A stretch of 64,000 nt of DNA from Malacoraja senta. Its lineage: Eukaryota. The stretch is taken from positions 310,001-374,000 of the forward strand of contig JAXLNO010000235.1 of assembly GCA_038087875.1 (NCBI GenBank), written 5' to 3'. Position numbers and translations under genes: made by a program. The notes under the pieces are model-generated. The model worked only from the letters and a program-made list of their open reading frames with translations, did not search any database and was not told the origin of the DNA. This document shows, in pieces, positions 1-12,267 of this stretch. Positions within the stretch are counted from its first letter, which is position 1. Each line of letters opens with the position of its first letter.

Positions 1-468
1 GAACAAAGGGGAAATACACAAGGTGCAGCAGGCAGTGAAGAAAGCGAATGGTATGTTAGCTTTCATACCAAAAGGATTTGAGTATAGGAGCAGGGAGGTT
101 CTACTGCAGTTGTACATGGTCTTGGTGAGACCACACCTGGAGTATTGCGTACAGTTTTGGTCTTCAAATCTGAGGAAGGACATTATTGCCATAGAGGGAG
201 TACAGAGAAGGTTCACCAGACTGATTCCTGGGATGTCAGGACTGTCTTATGAAGAAAGACTGGATAGACTTGGTTTATACTCTCTAGAATTTAGGAGATT
301 GAGAGGGGATCTTATAGAAACTTACAAAATTCTTAAGGGGTTGGACAGGCTAGATGCAGGAAGATTGCTCCCGATGTTGGGGAAGTCCAGGACAAGGGGT
401 CACAGCTTAAGGATAAGGGGGAAATCCTTTAAAACCAAGATGAGAAGAACTTTTTTCACACAGAGAGT
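1..468 (+). mobile_element. CR1 LINE ORF2 C-terminal fragment
   Basis: ORF 23..496 has LVRPHLEYCVQFWS, EGVQRRFTRLIPG, LYSLEFRRLRGDLIETYKI and TRGHSLRI, all typical of the CR1 ORF2 C-terminus. Confidence 0.92.
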
Positions 469-489
469 GTCTCTCTCTCTGTGTTTCTC

Positions 490-1560
490 AACTTGAATGT
501 CTACCATAAAACAACAAACCATAAAAGCTGGTCATGTTTCATCAATTAACTTATTTCCAATTATTTCAATCCATATTAGCCATTATTTTAAATTTCCAAT
601 TCCTAGCACTAGTAACAATTCTCCAAATTAACTTTACTGATAAGAAAGCATTAAAAGAAAATCAAAAGCTGATTTTTACAACTTTCCTTTTTCAGGTTAC
701 GAGGATACAAATGGTTAATTTTACAGCTTGTTCGTAATCTCCGATGGTTTGCAGTATTTTTAACTACAGTGGAAATTCTCGGGGGGGGGGGGCGTCTGTG
801 TCCAATTTTACAACTTGCTCATTCCAACCTTTCATCTTACAACCATTCGTTCCAAACCGGTTTTTACATACAAATCACATTCGTTCCGTTCTTACTTCAA
901 ATAGATTATTCAATTTATATTTTCTCCCTGTCCTGCACTCTTGTCCCCGGCCTTTGCTGTCTTCTTATCTGCTACTTTCGGGAGTAACTCCCTCATCATC
1001 CTGTCTCTCTCTGTTCCTTATTTGTTGTTTTTCTACTGCCTGCAACATAATCTTTACTACTTGTTTTTCCCTTCTGTGAAAAGGAATTGATCTAACTGTT
1101 CTTGTCAGACCTAAAGGATCTTCAAGGAGGCTATTTAACAATTCCCCTTCCCCCTCAGGGTCCTCTCCTAGGTACCTCCCTCAGGGGTCTAATTTCTACC
1201 GATCTTCTTATCTTCCCCTTCCGACCTTTTGACTCCCCATCCTGGTGGTTGGGTGATCTTTGTCCACCCCGGCCCCTGTCTTCTCTCTTCCCTGGGTATT
1301 TTGGCCCCCTGCGGCTCTGCATTTGCCCCAACGGACTATACCTTATCATTGTTGTCTACTCCAACCCCTGGGTATTTCCTGCCCCCCAGTGGTTCAGCAT
1401 TTGCCCCAACGGACTATTGGGCAGAATGCGGGGATTTGGCCTACAGGCTTTTCCCCTCCCTTTTCAGTTTGCCTTGCCGGTACAGACCCCAGAATCCTTC
1501 AGGGCGTTAACCACAAGGTCTTTTCAATCGCCCAGGAAGTACTTTATTAGTCATTATTCC
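490..1560 (-). pseudogene. gag: ERV-A gag remnant (class I ERV-like), decayed
   Basis: Minus-strand translation ILPNSPLGQMLNHWGAGNTQGLE*TTMIRY resembles the ERV1-type Gag matrix start (SPLGxxLxxW); lies downstream of a PBS and LTR; left boundary uncertain. Confidence 0.65.
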
Positions 1561-1613
1561 TACCTGGGTTCTGTGCACAGAAATTGCTCGATTGACTTTT
1601 CGCGATCTCCAAC

Positions 1614-1845
1614 TTTGAGATTCCAGCTGCCAAGACAGATGTGTACAGCAATTCATTCTTCCCCCGCACAATTAAAGCATGGAATAATCTTCACCCTACC
1701 ATAGTTACCCAACCAGATGCAACTAAATTTAAGGTAACTCTTTCTTCGCAAAAACCCTTTCTGGCTTAAGTCCTCCCTCCACCACCTCCAGTTTAAATTC
1801 CATTTGGAATATTTTGGAGGACCAAGAAACCAAGAACAAGAACTA
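1614..1845 (+). mobile_element. 5'-truncated LINE 3' end with (CCAAGAA)n tail, inserted in the ERV-A leader
   Basis: Encodes TDVYSNSFFPRTIKAWNNL (LINE ORF2 end); candidate TSD atctccaac at 1605-1613 and 1846-1854; same family at 48471-48704. Confidence 0.75.
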
Positions 1846-2004
1846 ATCTCCAACCACTTTCACTTCTTTGCCGAGTCTCTGTTTGGTCCGGGCATCACTC
1901 GCTCAAACCTTCTGACGGTAAGCAAGGAGTCTGAGACCGCTGAACTCAGCGGGGTGCACCTTCTCTTCGTCCGTGTACTCCCGTCAGCTGTCCAGAGTAA
2001 TTAA

Positions 2005-2024
2005 ATCCCGGAACCGAGCCCAAA
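2005..2024 (-). promoter_or_regulatory. Degenerate tRNA-Pro primer binding site of ERV-A
   Basis: Minus strand TTTGGGCTCGGTTCCGGGAT versus canonical TGGGGGCTCGTCCGGGAT, a few nt after the LTR terminal CA. Confidence 0.7.
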
Positions 2025-2028
2025 AAAT

Positions 2029-2471
2029 TGTGAGATTCAAAATCACAAACGCTTTAGAGACAAAGTCAGGCAAATAAATTTTTATTAAGATAATATTCTG
2101 CAGAATAGGTGCCTCTTCTCTGCTGTCCCCTAGAGGCACAACGAAGATGGAGATGCTTTCTATCTTTATACATTTCATTTCACTATTGTCACACCCTCAT
2201 CTCTCCAAATTGAGCTTCTTCCAATCATAACATAAAGCCCACATTCCCACGAGAACGTACTGGAACGTCCACCCAACGTCAAAGACTCCTAAGGCTTCTG
2301 CCGAAGTTTCTATCTGTTTGCTACTTTTTTATCTAGAATTTCTCTCTGTTCTGTATATTGTTACTTTATTCTACCAGCAGTCTGGCTTCTGCTGACACCT
2401 TATTTCTTTCTAAGTTATACTTTTCAGAGTTCTAGTATAAATCTACCATCCCTATTAACCCTTTTCTCACA
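2029..2471 (-). mobile_element. ERV-A LTR (443 bp)
   Basis: 7-bp terminal inverted repeat TGTGAGA...TCTCACA; minus-strand TATAAA (2165-2170) then AATAAA (2081-2086); followed by PBS. Confidence 0.8.
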
Positions 2472-2519
2472 ATTTCCACCTCTGTGCCCTCATTTCCTCT
2501 CAATTCCTCCCTCCCTCCG

Positions 2520-2803
2520 AACGGGGCGTTCTCCCGGGGAAGAACCCGGGGTTAGCAGGGCTCCAGGGGTGAGATTAAGGAAGGATGGAAGATTGGCCAA
2601 CTATGGAGGTTGACAACAAAATGGCCACCATCAGGTTAAGTGGCTTCTCCAGCATGTCTGCCTCCATGCCCCTCCCTTTCTCCCTCCCTCCCTCCCAACG
2701 GGGCGCTCTCCCAGGGAAGAACCCGGGGTCAGCAGGGCTCCAGGGGTGAGATTAAGGAGGGATTGAAGATTGGCCAACTATGAAGGTTGACAACAAAATG
2801 GCT
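2520..2803. repeat. Local direct repeat of ~107 bp (2520-2626 and 2697-2803)
   Basis: aacggggcg..ggaagaacccgggg..gcagggctccaggggtgagattaagg..ttgacaacaaaatggc occurs twice. Confidence 0.85.
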
Positions 2804-3054
2804 GCCGGGAAAAGAGGAGCAAGAGAGAGATGGAGAGAGAGAGGGAGATGGAGAGAGGGAGAGAGAGCGAGAGGGTGGGAAGGAACGAGGGGAGGGGAGA
2901 AGGGAGAGGGGTTGGTGAATAGGCAATCCCCAGACACGCACGCATACACCCCCCCTCCCTCTCTCTACCCCTTCTATCTCTCTCTCACCCACGTTCACCA
3001 TCTATTCTCCTCTCTTCCCCATCTAACCCACTCCCCCTCCCCCCCACCCTTCAC

Positions 3055-3350
3055 CACCGCCATTTTAGCTACTGGCAGCCAGAAGTCAATGAGTGTGAAG
3101 CCGGGGGTGGCCATTTTGGATGCTGGCATTTCCCTGTGGTGCTGCAGGTGGCCATCTTCTCTACAGGCAGTCTGCCATTGCAGTCCATTGGGAGTGAAGC
3201 CCTGGGCGTCCATCTTAGCTACTGGCAGTCTGCCATTGAAGTCAATGGTAGCGATGCCCAGGGAGGCGGCCATCTTTGGTCAAGGCACTTCCATTGAAGT
3301 CAAAGGGATGTGAAATTCTGGGCGGCCATCGTAGTTACTGGCAGCCTTCA
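3055..3350. repeat. Degenerate short-unit repeat with GCCATYTT and CCATTGAAGTCAATGG motifs
   Basis: Repeated gccat(c/t)tt..ctactggcag and ccattgaagtcaa units. Confidence 0.65.
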
Positions 3351-3689
3351 TTTTTTTTCTCTGTCTCGTTCCCTCTTTCTTTCTCTCCCCTTCTCTGGCT
3401 TCCTCTTCTCCTTCTTTTCTCTCTCTCTTTTCCCTCTCTTTGCTGATGAGTGTGAGTACGTACACGTGGATGAAAGGGAGATGAAATGGTGAGAGAAAGG
3501 GCGAGAGAGATGGGGGGGATAGAGGGGGGAGGGAGGGAGTGTGTGTGAGAGAAAGAGAGTGTGTGTGCATGAGAGAGAGAGCGAATGTGTGTGAGAGCAG
3601 GGCTCTCGCTTAAATTTATTTCCCTGTTGCCAGCCGGGCAGCCTTGGCAGCTTTTTAGGTTGCCAAATGACAGTTTAGGTGGTCATGAT

Positions 3690-4050
3690 ATTTTTAAGGC
3701 CTTGGACAGAGTGGATATGGAGAGGATGTTTCCACTAGTGGGAGAGTCTAGGACCAGAGGTCACAGCCTCAGAATTCAAGGACGTCCCTTCAGGAAGGAG
3801 ACGAGGAGGAATTTCTTTAGCCAGAGATTGGTGAATCTGTGGGATTCGTTGCCACAGACGGCGGTGGAGGCCACGTCAGTGGGGATTGATATTTAAGGCA
3901 GAGATAGATAGATTGTTAATTAGTGCAGGTGTCAGGGGTTATGGGGAGAAGGCAGGAGGATGGGGTTTGGAGGGGGAGAGAGATCAGCCGTGATTGAATG
4001 GTGGGCTGGACTCGATGGGCCGAATGGCCTAATTCTACTCCTAGAACTTA
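3690..4050 (+). mobile_element. CR1 LINE 3' end
   Basis: FPLVGESRTRGHSLRI..FFSQRLVNLWDSLP followed by the CR1 3' UTR ending gggccgaatggcctaattctactcct. Confidence 0.88.
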
Positions 4051-4489
4051 CGATCTTAGGAGAGAGGGAGGGAGGAAGAGAGGCGGGAGAGGGGAACGGA
4101 GGGGAGGGGAGGAGAGGGGTCGACTCTCAGAATCTTTTTACGCCAGGCTGGAAATGTCCAAGACTAGTTGGTATCGCTGTAAGGAGAGAGGGGGAAAGTT
4201 TAATGGGGATGCGCAGGGCAGTGGTGGGGGCCTCATGTGCCTGACCTGGGGAGGTGGTGGAGGCAGATATGACGGGTGTTTAAGAAGCTTTTAGGTGGGC
4301 ATGTGGAAGTGGAGGGGAGAGAGGGATATGGATCATGTACAGGCAGATGAGAGTTTAACCTGGCGTCATGTTCGGCACAAACATTGTGGGCCGAAGGGCC
4401 CGTCCCTGTGCTGTACTGCCCTACGTTCTAACCATCCAATCACCAACTAGAGAGCAGACCCCACCTACCATCTACTGCATTGGCAGATG

Positions 4490-4800
4490 TTTTCTGCCGC
4501 TCACCTCCGGCGACAAACTCTTTGAATCACTTCTTTCTGGGAGGCGACTCCGGACTATCAAAGCTGCTACAGTCAGACATAAAACAGCTTTTTCCCACGA
4601 GCAGTAACTCTATTCAACAGCCAAAAGACCGTAGCCTCTTTTTACTCCGGTACTTTATTTTCACATGTTTGAATTATAATATTTTATTTTTTATTGTCTA
4701 CAGAATATCTTGTTGTTACCTGCGAGCAAAGCACCAATGTAAATGCCTTGGATGTGGACCTACTTGGCTAATAACATTTTTATTCATTCATTATTATTCA
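4490..4800 (+). mobile_element. Rex1/Babar LINE 3' end
   Basis: KLFESLLSGRRLRTIKAATVRHK (LPSGRR motif) plus short attc-repeat tail. Confidence 0.7.
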
Positions 4801-4807
4801 TTGAAGA

Positions 4808-5092
4808 TAATAGACAATAGGTGCAGGAGTAGGCCATTCTGCCCCTCGAGCCAGCACCGCTATTCACCGTGATCATGCCAATCATCCACAATTAATACCC
4901 TGTTCCTGCCTTCTCCCTATATCCCTTGACGCCGCTATCTTTAAGAGCTCTGTCCAGCTCTCTCTTGAAAGCATTCAGAGAATCGGCTTCCACCACCATC
5001 TGCGGCAGAGAATTTCACAGACTCTCAACACTCTGTGTGAAAAAGTTTTTTCCTCATCTCCGTTCTAAATAAATTACCCCTTATTCTTAAAC
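4808..5092 (-). mobile_element. CR1 LINE 3' end
   Basis: Reverse complement of the CR1 3' UTR (gacaataggtgcaggagtaggccattc) and ORF2 end. Confidence 0.85.
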
Positions 5093-5649
5093 TATCCCTC
5101 AGATTATCTTTAATCAGACTTTACCTTGCACTAATCGATATTCCCTTAATCCTATATCTGTACACTGTGGATGGGTTGATTGTAATCCTGTATTGTCCTT
5201 CCACTAACTGGTTAGCACACAACAAAAAAAGCTTTACACTGTGCCTCTCCCTGTAGCTGAAGCCCTCTAATCCAGGCAGTATTCTGGGAGAACATTTTGT
5301 TTTCATAAAGTTAGAACAGTCACGTCGTAAAACATTTTGTGGTTGAAACGTCAGGCTGGGACACTTGCACCCCGCTGAGTTACTCCAGCACTTTGCATCT
5401 TTTTTTAAAAGTACGCGCCGACCAGCGATAACCTGTTCACTAGGTCTACCCTACTCACTGGGGGCAATTTTCAGAATTAATCTACACACCTGCACATCTT
5501 TGGAATGTGGGAGGAAATCGGAGCACCCGGAGAAAACACACACAGTCACAGAGAGAACGTACAAACTCTAGTCCCACCTGCCTGAATTTGGCCCATGTCC
5601 CTCTCAACCTTTCCAGACATGTCAAAATATATTTAAAATCAAAGATAAG

Positions 5650-5785
5650 AAACAAAATGCTGGAGTAACTCAGCGAGACGGGCAGCATCTCTGGCGAGAA
5701 GGAATGGGTGACGTTTCATGTTGAGACCCTTCTTCAGAGTGATGACGAGAGTGGCCACAGAGATAAAATGTAGTCAGAGACAGTG
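5650..5785 (-). mobile_element. Penelope terminal-repeat-derived fragment with degenerate hammerhead core
   Basis: Similar to 60295-60430: aaatgctggagtaactcagc..gcagcatct..gggtgacgtttc..cccttcttcag. Confidence 0.7.
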
Positions 5786-5789
5786 AGAA

Positions 5790-5956
5790 TGTTAAACTGA
5801 GTTATTTTGTCAATCTAAAGTCAAGAAAACTTGACTCAAATGCTTGTAGCTGTTGGAATTGATTCTTTATTCAGTACTGAGACAATTCTTTGAACCTTCC
5901 AACACAGAGCTAACCAATCATCTGAGTCCTTTTGGTGATTTACAACATCAGTCACA
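5790..5956 (-). mobile_element. ERV-B 3' LTR, copy 1 (102 bp internal deletion)
   Basis: Ends ...gtttaaCA at 5790; AATAAA present; purine tract aggaaagggga just upstream; lacks the TATA segment seen in copy 2; 5' boundary uncertain. Confidence 0.6.
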
Positions 5957-7267
5957 GGATATCCCCTTTCCTGATGTCTTTTTACAATCTTTGTTTGTCT
6001 ATGGTATAACTCTATAACTGTTTTAGAATTATTTTATTTCAACACAGCAAAACCCCTGTAGGCTTTTATCAAAGACCACTCTTCAAAATATAAGATACAT
6101 ACAGTGATCACTCAAGTCATACACACTTTCTATACCAAGAGAAAAGATATTTCTATAAATCTAAACAATTTCTCTAAGTCTAAAGTGTACCTTTCTACTA
6201 AGACAATACATTGCATAATTGGTGTTACTATAATTTTACACATTTTGAAATACCATTACCTATGTCTTTAAAACATTAATTATATAAGTTTGCTGAATTA
6301 CAGTTTCTAAGTTCAAAACGCACATTTCCATCTCCCATCCAAAGATACATGGGTCATAACTCTGTCAATTTAGTTAATATGAGTTTGGTGCCTTTCCTGT
6401 TATCGGGAAGCAGGATTTCCAATCTCATGTACCAGACAGAACACAAGGTACAAGGTACAACCCAGACCATTACGTCAGAATTCCATCTGCTTCAACCTTC
6501 TATAAACAACTCCCTCAATCTAATTATTTCTCAAAGCAACTATTCCTTCACTTACATCTTATTCCTTATCACACTCATTATAATTTTATACAGCCAAGGC
6601 TAACTGCAGTCTATCATCTCTCAGCCTTGAATTCTGTCTCAAACCTAGCATAACAAGCCATAACTCTTCACGTTTATGTCACATTCAGAGCTCAAAAATG
6701 TGCCATAGAGACAGAGCAGATGGCCTAAGAAGAGGCCCCTTATTCAGCTTCCCATTCTTCAACACAAAGCCATATCAAATACAATTTCCTCCAGTGCTAT
6801 AATTGCCCCCAAACAATAACCTAAGCTAAGCAGGTTCAGGTTCAGGTTCAGGCCTCCATGTTTTGATTCATCTTTGCCTGTGTGTATGTGTCAGTTTGCA
6901 CTTTATTTCAGTTCAGGGAAACTTTAAGCTTTTCTTTTGCAATTCACCTAGCTTATATAAAAGTCTCTATCCAAGCGGTTCTATTTGTATAATATTTCCT
7001 CATTCCTCACTCTGGTCATTCTATGACCACTAATAGGATAATAACACAAGGCAGAGATTCATCAGCATTGGCTTATTAGTCATCCAAGTTTATACCTAAC
7101 CTCGAGATGCTTTATAGCCCCCAAAACCTGGACCACGTAGGTCAGCAGGCTGGCTTGTTGACACCAATGCTGTTCCCTACTTCTCTGCTGTGCTTCCAAC
7201 CCTAGCCCTTATGGTGCTCAATTATTCTGGACAATAACATTCCTCCTTCTCCACATTATTAAGTCTA

Positions 7268-9164
7268 TTACACTTCTCCTCCAACATTTCCTTCTCTACC
7301 TGCTGGTTCACACGTCTCTACTTCCATCAGACTCCAACATCGTAATGTCTTCTTCTAGGTGCCGCAATAAGACCTGCCCACCAGTTTCCACATTACCCAA
7401 GGCTGTCATTAGTCTGGTGATGATACATTTAACAATAGCAATTCCCACTAACAAACACATGATCACTATTGCTGCATTTATGGCCATGCTGATGATCTAA
7501 TTATATAATCCCCCAAAACCCCAGTTTCCCCATCCAACACCCTCCTTCATTCCATTAAGCAGGGTAGTAATATCCTCTTGATGTTTGGTGATATTACTAG
7601 TTCTATCCTGAACTCCCATCATACATTTTTCTTTTACAACAGCACACGTCCCTCCCTCACGGGCCAACAGATAATCTAAGGCATATCTATTCTGTAAAGA
7701 GAACAGAAGCATTTCTGATAGTTGGGTTATTATTGCCTCCAAGGCGCCAGTAGTGGCATTTCCCAAAATGGTTACTCCACAAATCATATAGTTTCGATGT
7801 TTTGCTGCCAACCCTCCCCCTACACCTCTCAAAGTAAGCAGGCTTAGTACTCCCCATCCCGCAGCATCCCACCTAGATGTTCCCATTGTAGTTGGGTTTC
7901 TCCAATTGGCACAGAATTCGGCGGATATTGCCGTGCGCAGAGTCCTTTGGTTTTGTCGGGACCAACTCTCTGGGCAGGGAACGGTGGTGGGGACAAGGGT
8001 CCCGATGGCTACGTTCTTTGGAAAAGGAGGTTTTAGCACATTGGTCCCTTTGACATTGAAAAAGAAGTAATACCCTTCCTCGGTGTATATGGACCCATGA
8101 CAGTCCATGCGTGTATTAATCACCTCGCCACCCTTTGCCCAGTCCATCCAATTGCTTGAAATCCAATTGGTGTATCTTGGGATGGGCAAGTGATAGAATC
8201 CTACAGTTAGATGGGTTCCATTGGCCCACCCACAAAGCAGTTGAAACCCTGCAGAGACTGGGACGCATCTTTTGGGAATGGTGCATTTGATGCCCTTAGA
8301 TGTGCTGTTGCAACTAGGTTGTCGTGGGGTTCGTACTATGCACGTAATGTTGGAAGGGACGTCAACAACTATGCACCCGTATCCCTGGTTAGTGAAGCAT
8401 CATCCGTATTGTCTATTGTCGGTGTTAGGGGTAAAGTTACACGGCATTAGTGGTTCTACTCTGGTACCCGAAGAGTTTTGACAGCCTGGGTATGAATGCT
8501 TATTGTCGCCAGGTAATGGCAAACAGTTAGCTGGTGGGGCTAAGAACTCGTCATAATAGATGGTGACAGCTTTGACCGGAACTGGCATCTCATCTTGACA
8601 CTTTACTAATCGTTAAATTCTTCCCCACTCAGGAGATACTGTAAATAGGCTAATAACAGATTTCATAGCGTGGTAACACACAACTTGCCCTTTACCAAAT
8701 AATTCATTATGGGCCCGTATAAACACGTTAGTGTCTTTTTCTTCAAATTCTCCCTTTTCCCGTATTTGTTGTTCAGGTTCTGTCCTTTGGAACCCCGGGT
8801 GGACTTGTAATGCTACTTGATAACATAGTCCATCATACAAGTGTTTATTTAGAGTTCGGTCCTCCCCGGGGTTCCTCCTCCAAGATAAGTCAACCCTGCA
8901 TATCCGGTACCCACATGGAAACTCCCAGAGTGACTGATCAATTAGGTAGAGGCTTCAGTTAGTCTGTTGCATTTTACCATGGCAGTAGTTAATATTAATT
9001 ATGTTCCATCTTCCGAGGACTTCTGGGCCTCTACATTGTACACAATCTCCTTTGCAGAGGTGAAATATCCTATATGCGTGTCCTGGGACACATCGTCGAA
9101 TGTCTCCTTTATTTCCCTCTGTCTGCAGAAGCATTAGGTTGCATGGCAGGATAAATCGCCTCAT
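7268..9164 (-). pseudogene. env: ERV-B env, copy 1 (frameshifted)
   Basis: Immunosuppressive-domain motif LQNRYALDYLLAREGGTC, CX6C (CAVVKEKC), hydrophobic TM AINAAIVIMCLLVGIAIV; ATG at 9164 is 10 nt after a splice acceptor AG. Confidence 0.9.
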
Positions 9165-9319
9165 TTGAATTTATCTGCAAATGAATGCAAAGGCTTACAA
9201 AAAGTTCATTTCTTACTTAATTGACTTAATCAACTATTCACTCAAGTTAACCATCCTTCAGTCAGTCAGTCGAGTAATCAGTCGCATATTCTTAACCATA
9301 TAGCAAAATAAGGATTCAA

Positions 9320-9382
9320 AACTAAACTTATAATGCTACAACTAAACGTATAATGATACAACTAAACTTATAATGATACAAC
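9320..9382. repeat. ~20 bp tandem repeat (3 copies) in the pol-env spacer
   Basis: aactaaacttataatgctac / aactaaacgtataatgatac / aactaaacttataatgatac. Confidence 0.85.
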
Positions 9383-9439
9383 TCCCAAGCAAAGCAGCAA
9401 TGTAAAAACTAAAAACTCTGAGTTGAAAATAAAATGACT

Positions 9440-10922
9440 CTTCTCCCCCCTTATGATTGGGCTCCCCAATCAGTTTGCAGTGGTGCAGATGAACCCATGC
9501 AGCACGACCCTCGACCTTGGCAGCTGTTGGAGTGGTGAGGAAGACCTGGAAGGGACCATCCCAACGTGAGTCCAAGTGCTTACGCTTCCAGTTCCTGACC
9601 AGCACATAGCAACATGTCTCAATATTAGATGGAACTTTGAGCGCTGGGGCCTCACCATTTGCAGCCCTGACCTGTGAATGAGAAGTTCGCAAAGCACGGG
9701 TTAAAGTTAATACATAGGATGTCATTTCCTCAGTCATCTGGTAGAAATGGACCACTGTGGGGGCTTGGAAATGGACCGCCTGGTCATTCCATGGCATCCG
9801 TAAAGGTCGACCATATATTATTTCCGCAGGCGTCAGTCGTGCCGTACCAGAAGGAGTGGTCTGTATCTGAAAAAGAGCTACAGGAAGCAGTTTAAACCAT
9901 GTTAAGCCAGTCTGTGCCACTAATTTAGCTAATTTGGTTTTCAAAGTCTGATTTGCCCGTTCCACCAATCCGGCGGCCTGAGGTCTATATGCACAATGGA
10001 GCTGTTGATGTATCTGTAATTGTTGGCACATTTCTTTGTTTACTGCAGCAATAAAATGAGGACCTTTATTGGAACTTAAACGCGCAGGAACACCGAATCG
10101 CGGTATGATTTCGCGTAACAATATTTTTACAATGGTAGATGTCTTATTGTCAGTGGTCAGGTATGCATCACTCCATTTACTCAAAACATCGACAATTACA
10201 AGAACATACTTATAACACTGACACCTTTTCAACTCAATGTAGTCCATTTGCAAGGTCTCAAATGGACCTGCTGGTAAAGGGGTCTTACCTGGTTCACAGG
10301 GCAAGCCTTTACCTGGATTATGCTGCTGGCAAATCAGACATCGCTGGCTGACACGCTGGGCCAAGTCCAGAAGTTTTGGATGCCACCAGGTGTCTAATAG
10401 CATATCATTTCCGGCCTTGGCACCACAATGAGTTGCAAAGTGTACACATTCAATAATCCATAACACAAGTTCATCAGACATGCAAGTCTGGCCTCCAGGG
10501 GTAACCCATAAGCTAGTGACAGGATCAAACACACAGCCCTGGTCCTGCCACAGCTGTTTTACCTGTGCAGGAGCATCCTCCTGTATTTGAAGTACTTCCT
10601 GGATGGTTGGCATTCCTTTTTCCGGGGGAGACTGATTCTTACTGGAGTTTTTAGTCTGCCTCATCATTCGGGGCACAACAACCTGGTTAGTCCAAGAAGC
10701 TTTTTTTAGCGGCACCATCCGCAAGGCGATTGCCGATATCTATAGGGCTCTGGCCTGATGTGTGGGCACGAACTTTAATAACTGCAAGCTGACTGGGCAA
10801 TTGGATTGCCTGTAAAAGGTTGGAAACTAACTTCTGGTGTGAAATAACTGTTCCTGATGAGGTCAGGAAGCCTCGATTTTTCCACAATTGCCCATAATCG
10901 TGAACGACTCCGAAAGCATACT
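9440..10922 (-). pseudogene. pol: ERV-B pol, RNase H C-terminus plus integrase, copy 1
   Basis: RNase H (WKNRGFLTSSG..VRAH..GNRLAD), frameshift near 10700, then IN with HHCC (HFATH..CLIC), LQMDY, HCAYRPQAAGLVER and WDGPF; second catalytic Asp reads SNKG. Confidence 0.95.
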
Positions 10923-10924
10923 GT

Positions 10925-11297
10925 AAATCAGTGTAAATATTTTACCTTATTACAGACACTAAGATTATTGTCAGATAATTTAAAATCAGGAAATGTTAGA
11001 CATTTATCCTCTTTGGTTCTACAGATCATAACAGCATTCTTACTAGCATTATATTTAATGTCATGTTCCACACCATACACAGAACATATAGTATGGAGCT
11101 GCTGGAGACCAGCGCTAGATGGACTAAAGATCACAAGATCATCTGCATACATAATATGGTTCAGTAAAATATTACCAATCACGCACCCAGTGTTACAGGC
11201 CTTCAATTGTTTAGACAGATCATCAATATATAGATTAAAAAGGTCTGGGGACAAAATTCCCCCTTGTCTAACACCATTGGTATCCCCAAATGGATAA
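10925..11297 (-). mobile_element. RTE-X-like LINE RT fragment truncating ERV-B pol
   Basis: SPDLFNLYIDDL..GCVIGNILLNHIMYADDLVIFSPS; clade assignment from recalled similarity only. Confidence 0.7.
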
Positions 11298-11527
11298 GTC
11301 CCATCAGGGTATTTTTACCCTTACACTTCCTTAGTTCTATCCATACTGACTCCACACCTCCTGTTTCAATGTCACCCCTTGCAAGGGACTGAATTTCATT
11401 CCTCACCAACAGAGCTACCCCAGCCCCTCTGCCCACCTGTCTGTCTATTCTATAGGAGATATATCCTTGAATATTCAGTTCCCATCACCAGCCCTCTTGC
11501 AGCCATGTCTCTGTAATTCCTACAACA
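11297..11527 (-). mobile_element. CR1 endonuclease fragment
   Basis: GRGAGVALLVRNEI..ESVWIELRKCKG. Confidence 0.85.
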
Positions 11528-12137
11528 AGCCGTGCGCATGAGTTTAGTTTTAGTTTTAGAGATGCAGAGTGGAAACAGGCCCTTCAGCGCACCAAGTCTG
11601 CGAAGGATATTTAAAATAGAAGGGCTGTTTAAAGTTCACCAGCTGAAACTTTTTATAAAAATCGAATTGGAAGGAAATGTGAAGAATCATAATGAAAATG
11701 TTCCCAAGAGCTGGCATCATTCCGGGGGAGCACATGGTAATTTTGATAACCAATTCGACAGAGATATTTGGGTCTCCAATTCATGGTTCAAAGATGCAAA
11801 AAGTTGGGTCTTCAAGTGAAGCTTTGACTAAGTCAAACCCTATTTTAAAAGAATTTTAAATTAAAAGGAGTCTGCAGATGCTGTAAACGAGTTCACGTGG
11901 AAGAATAAGCAACGGTTAAACAAGCCAATTTATTTCATTTGAAGTGAAAATGCAATTTGTCCAATTTAAACAAGTTTGCCTGAACCATGGATATTTGCCC
12001 AGCCTCAAAGATTCACGTTTTCTCACCCCATCAACAAAAAAAGCATGATTAGTTCAAAACGGAATAGATTATTCTACAGAGGCATCGTTTAAGACTCGGC
12101 TGAATCCAACATTCCTAAAGCACTATCATAATTAACT

Positions 12138-12267
12138 TGTTTAAGAAAGAACTGCACATGCTGGAAAAATCGAAGGTTGACAAAAATGCTGGAGAAACTC
12201 AGCGGATGAGGCAGCATGCATCTAGACGCCGCCTCACCTGCTGAGTTTCTCCAGCATTTTTGTCTAC
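12138..12267. mobile_element. Fold-back pair of Penelope terminal-repeat fragments with TSD
   Basis: aaaaatgctggagaaactcagc..gctgagtttctccagcattttt inverted arms; flanking direct repeat cataattaact. Confidence 0.7.

Noticed and set aside
1102..1704. 200 aa + strand ORF as a host gene
   Set aside because: Antisense shadow of the ERV-A gag remnant running into a LINE fragment; broken in copy 2
9342..9440. Hydrophobic C-terminal extension on integrase
   Set aside because: Copy 2 stops at HKG*; the extension is read-through into the AT-rich repeat spacer
490..10922. gag and pol-env as one provirus
   Set aside because: Wrong order on the minus strand and the two LTRs are dissimilar
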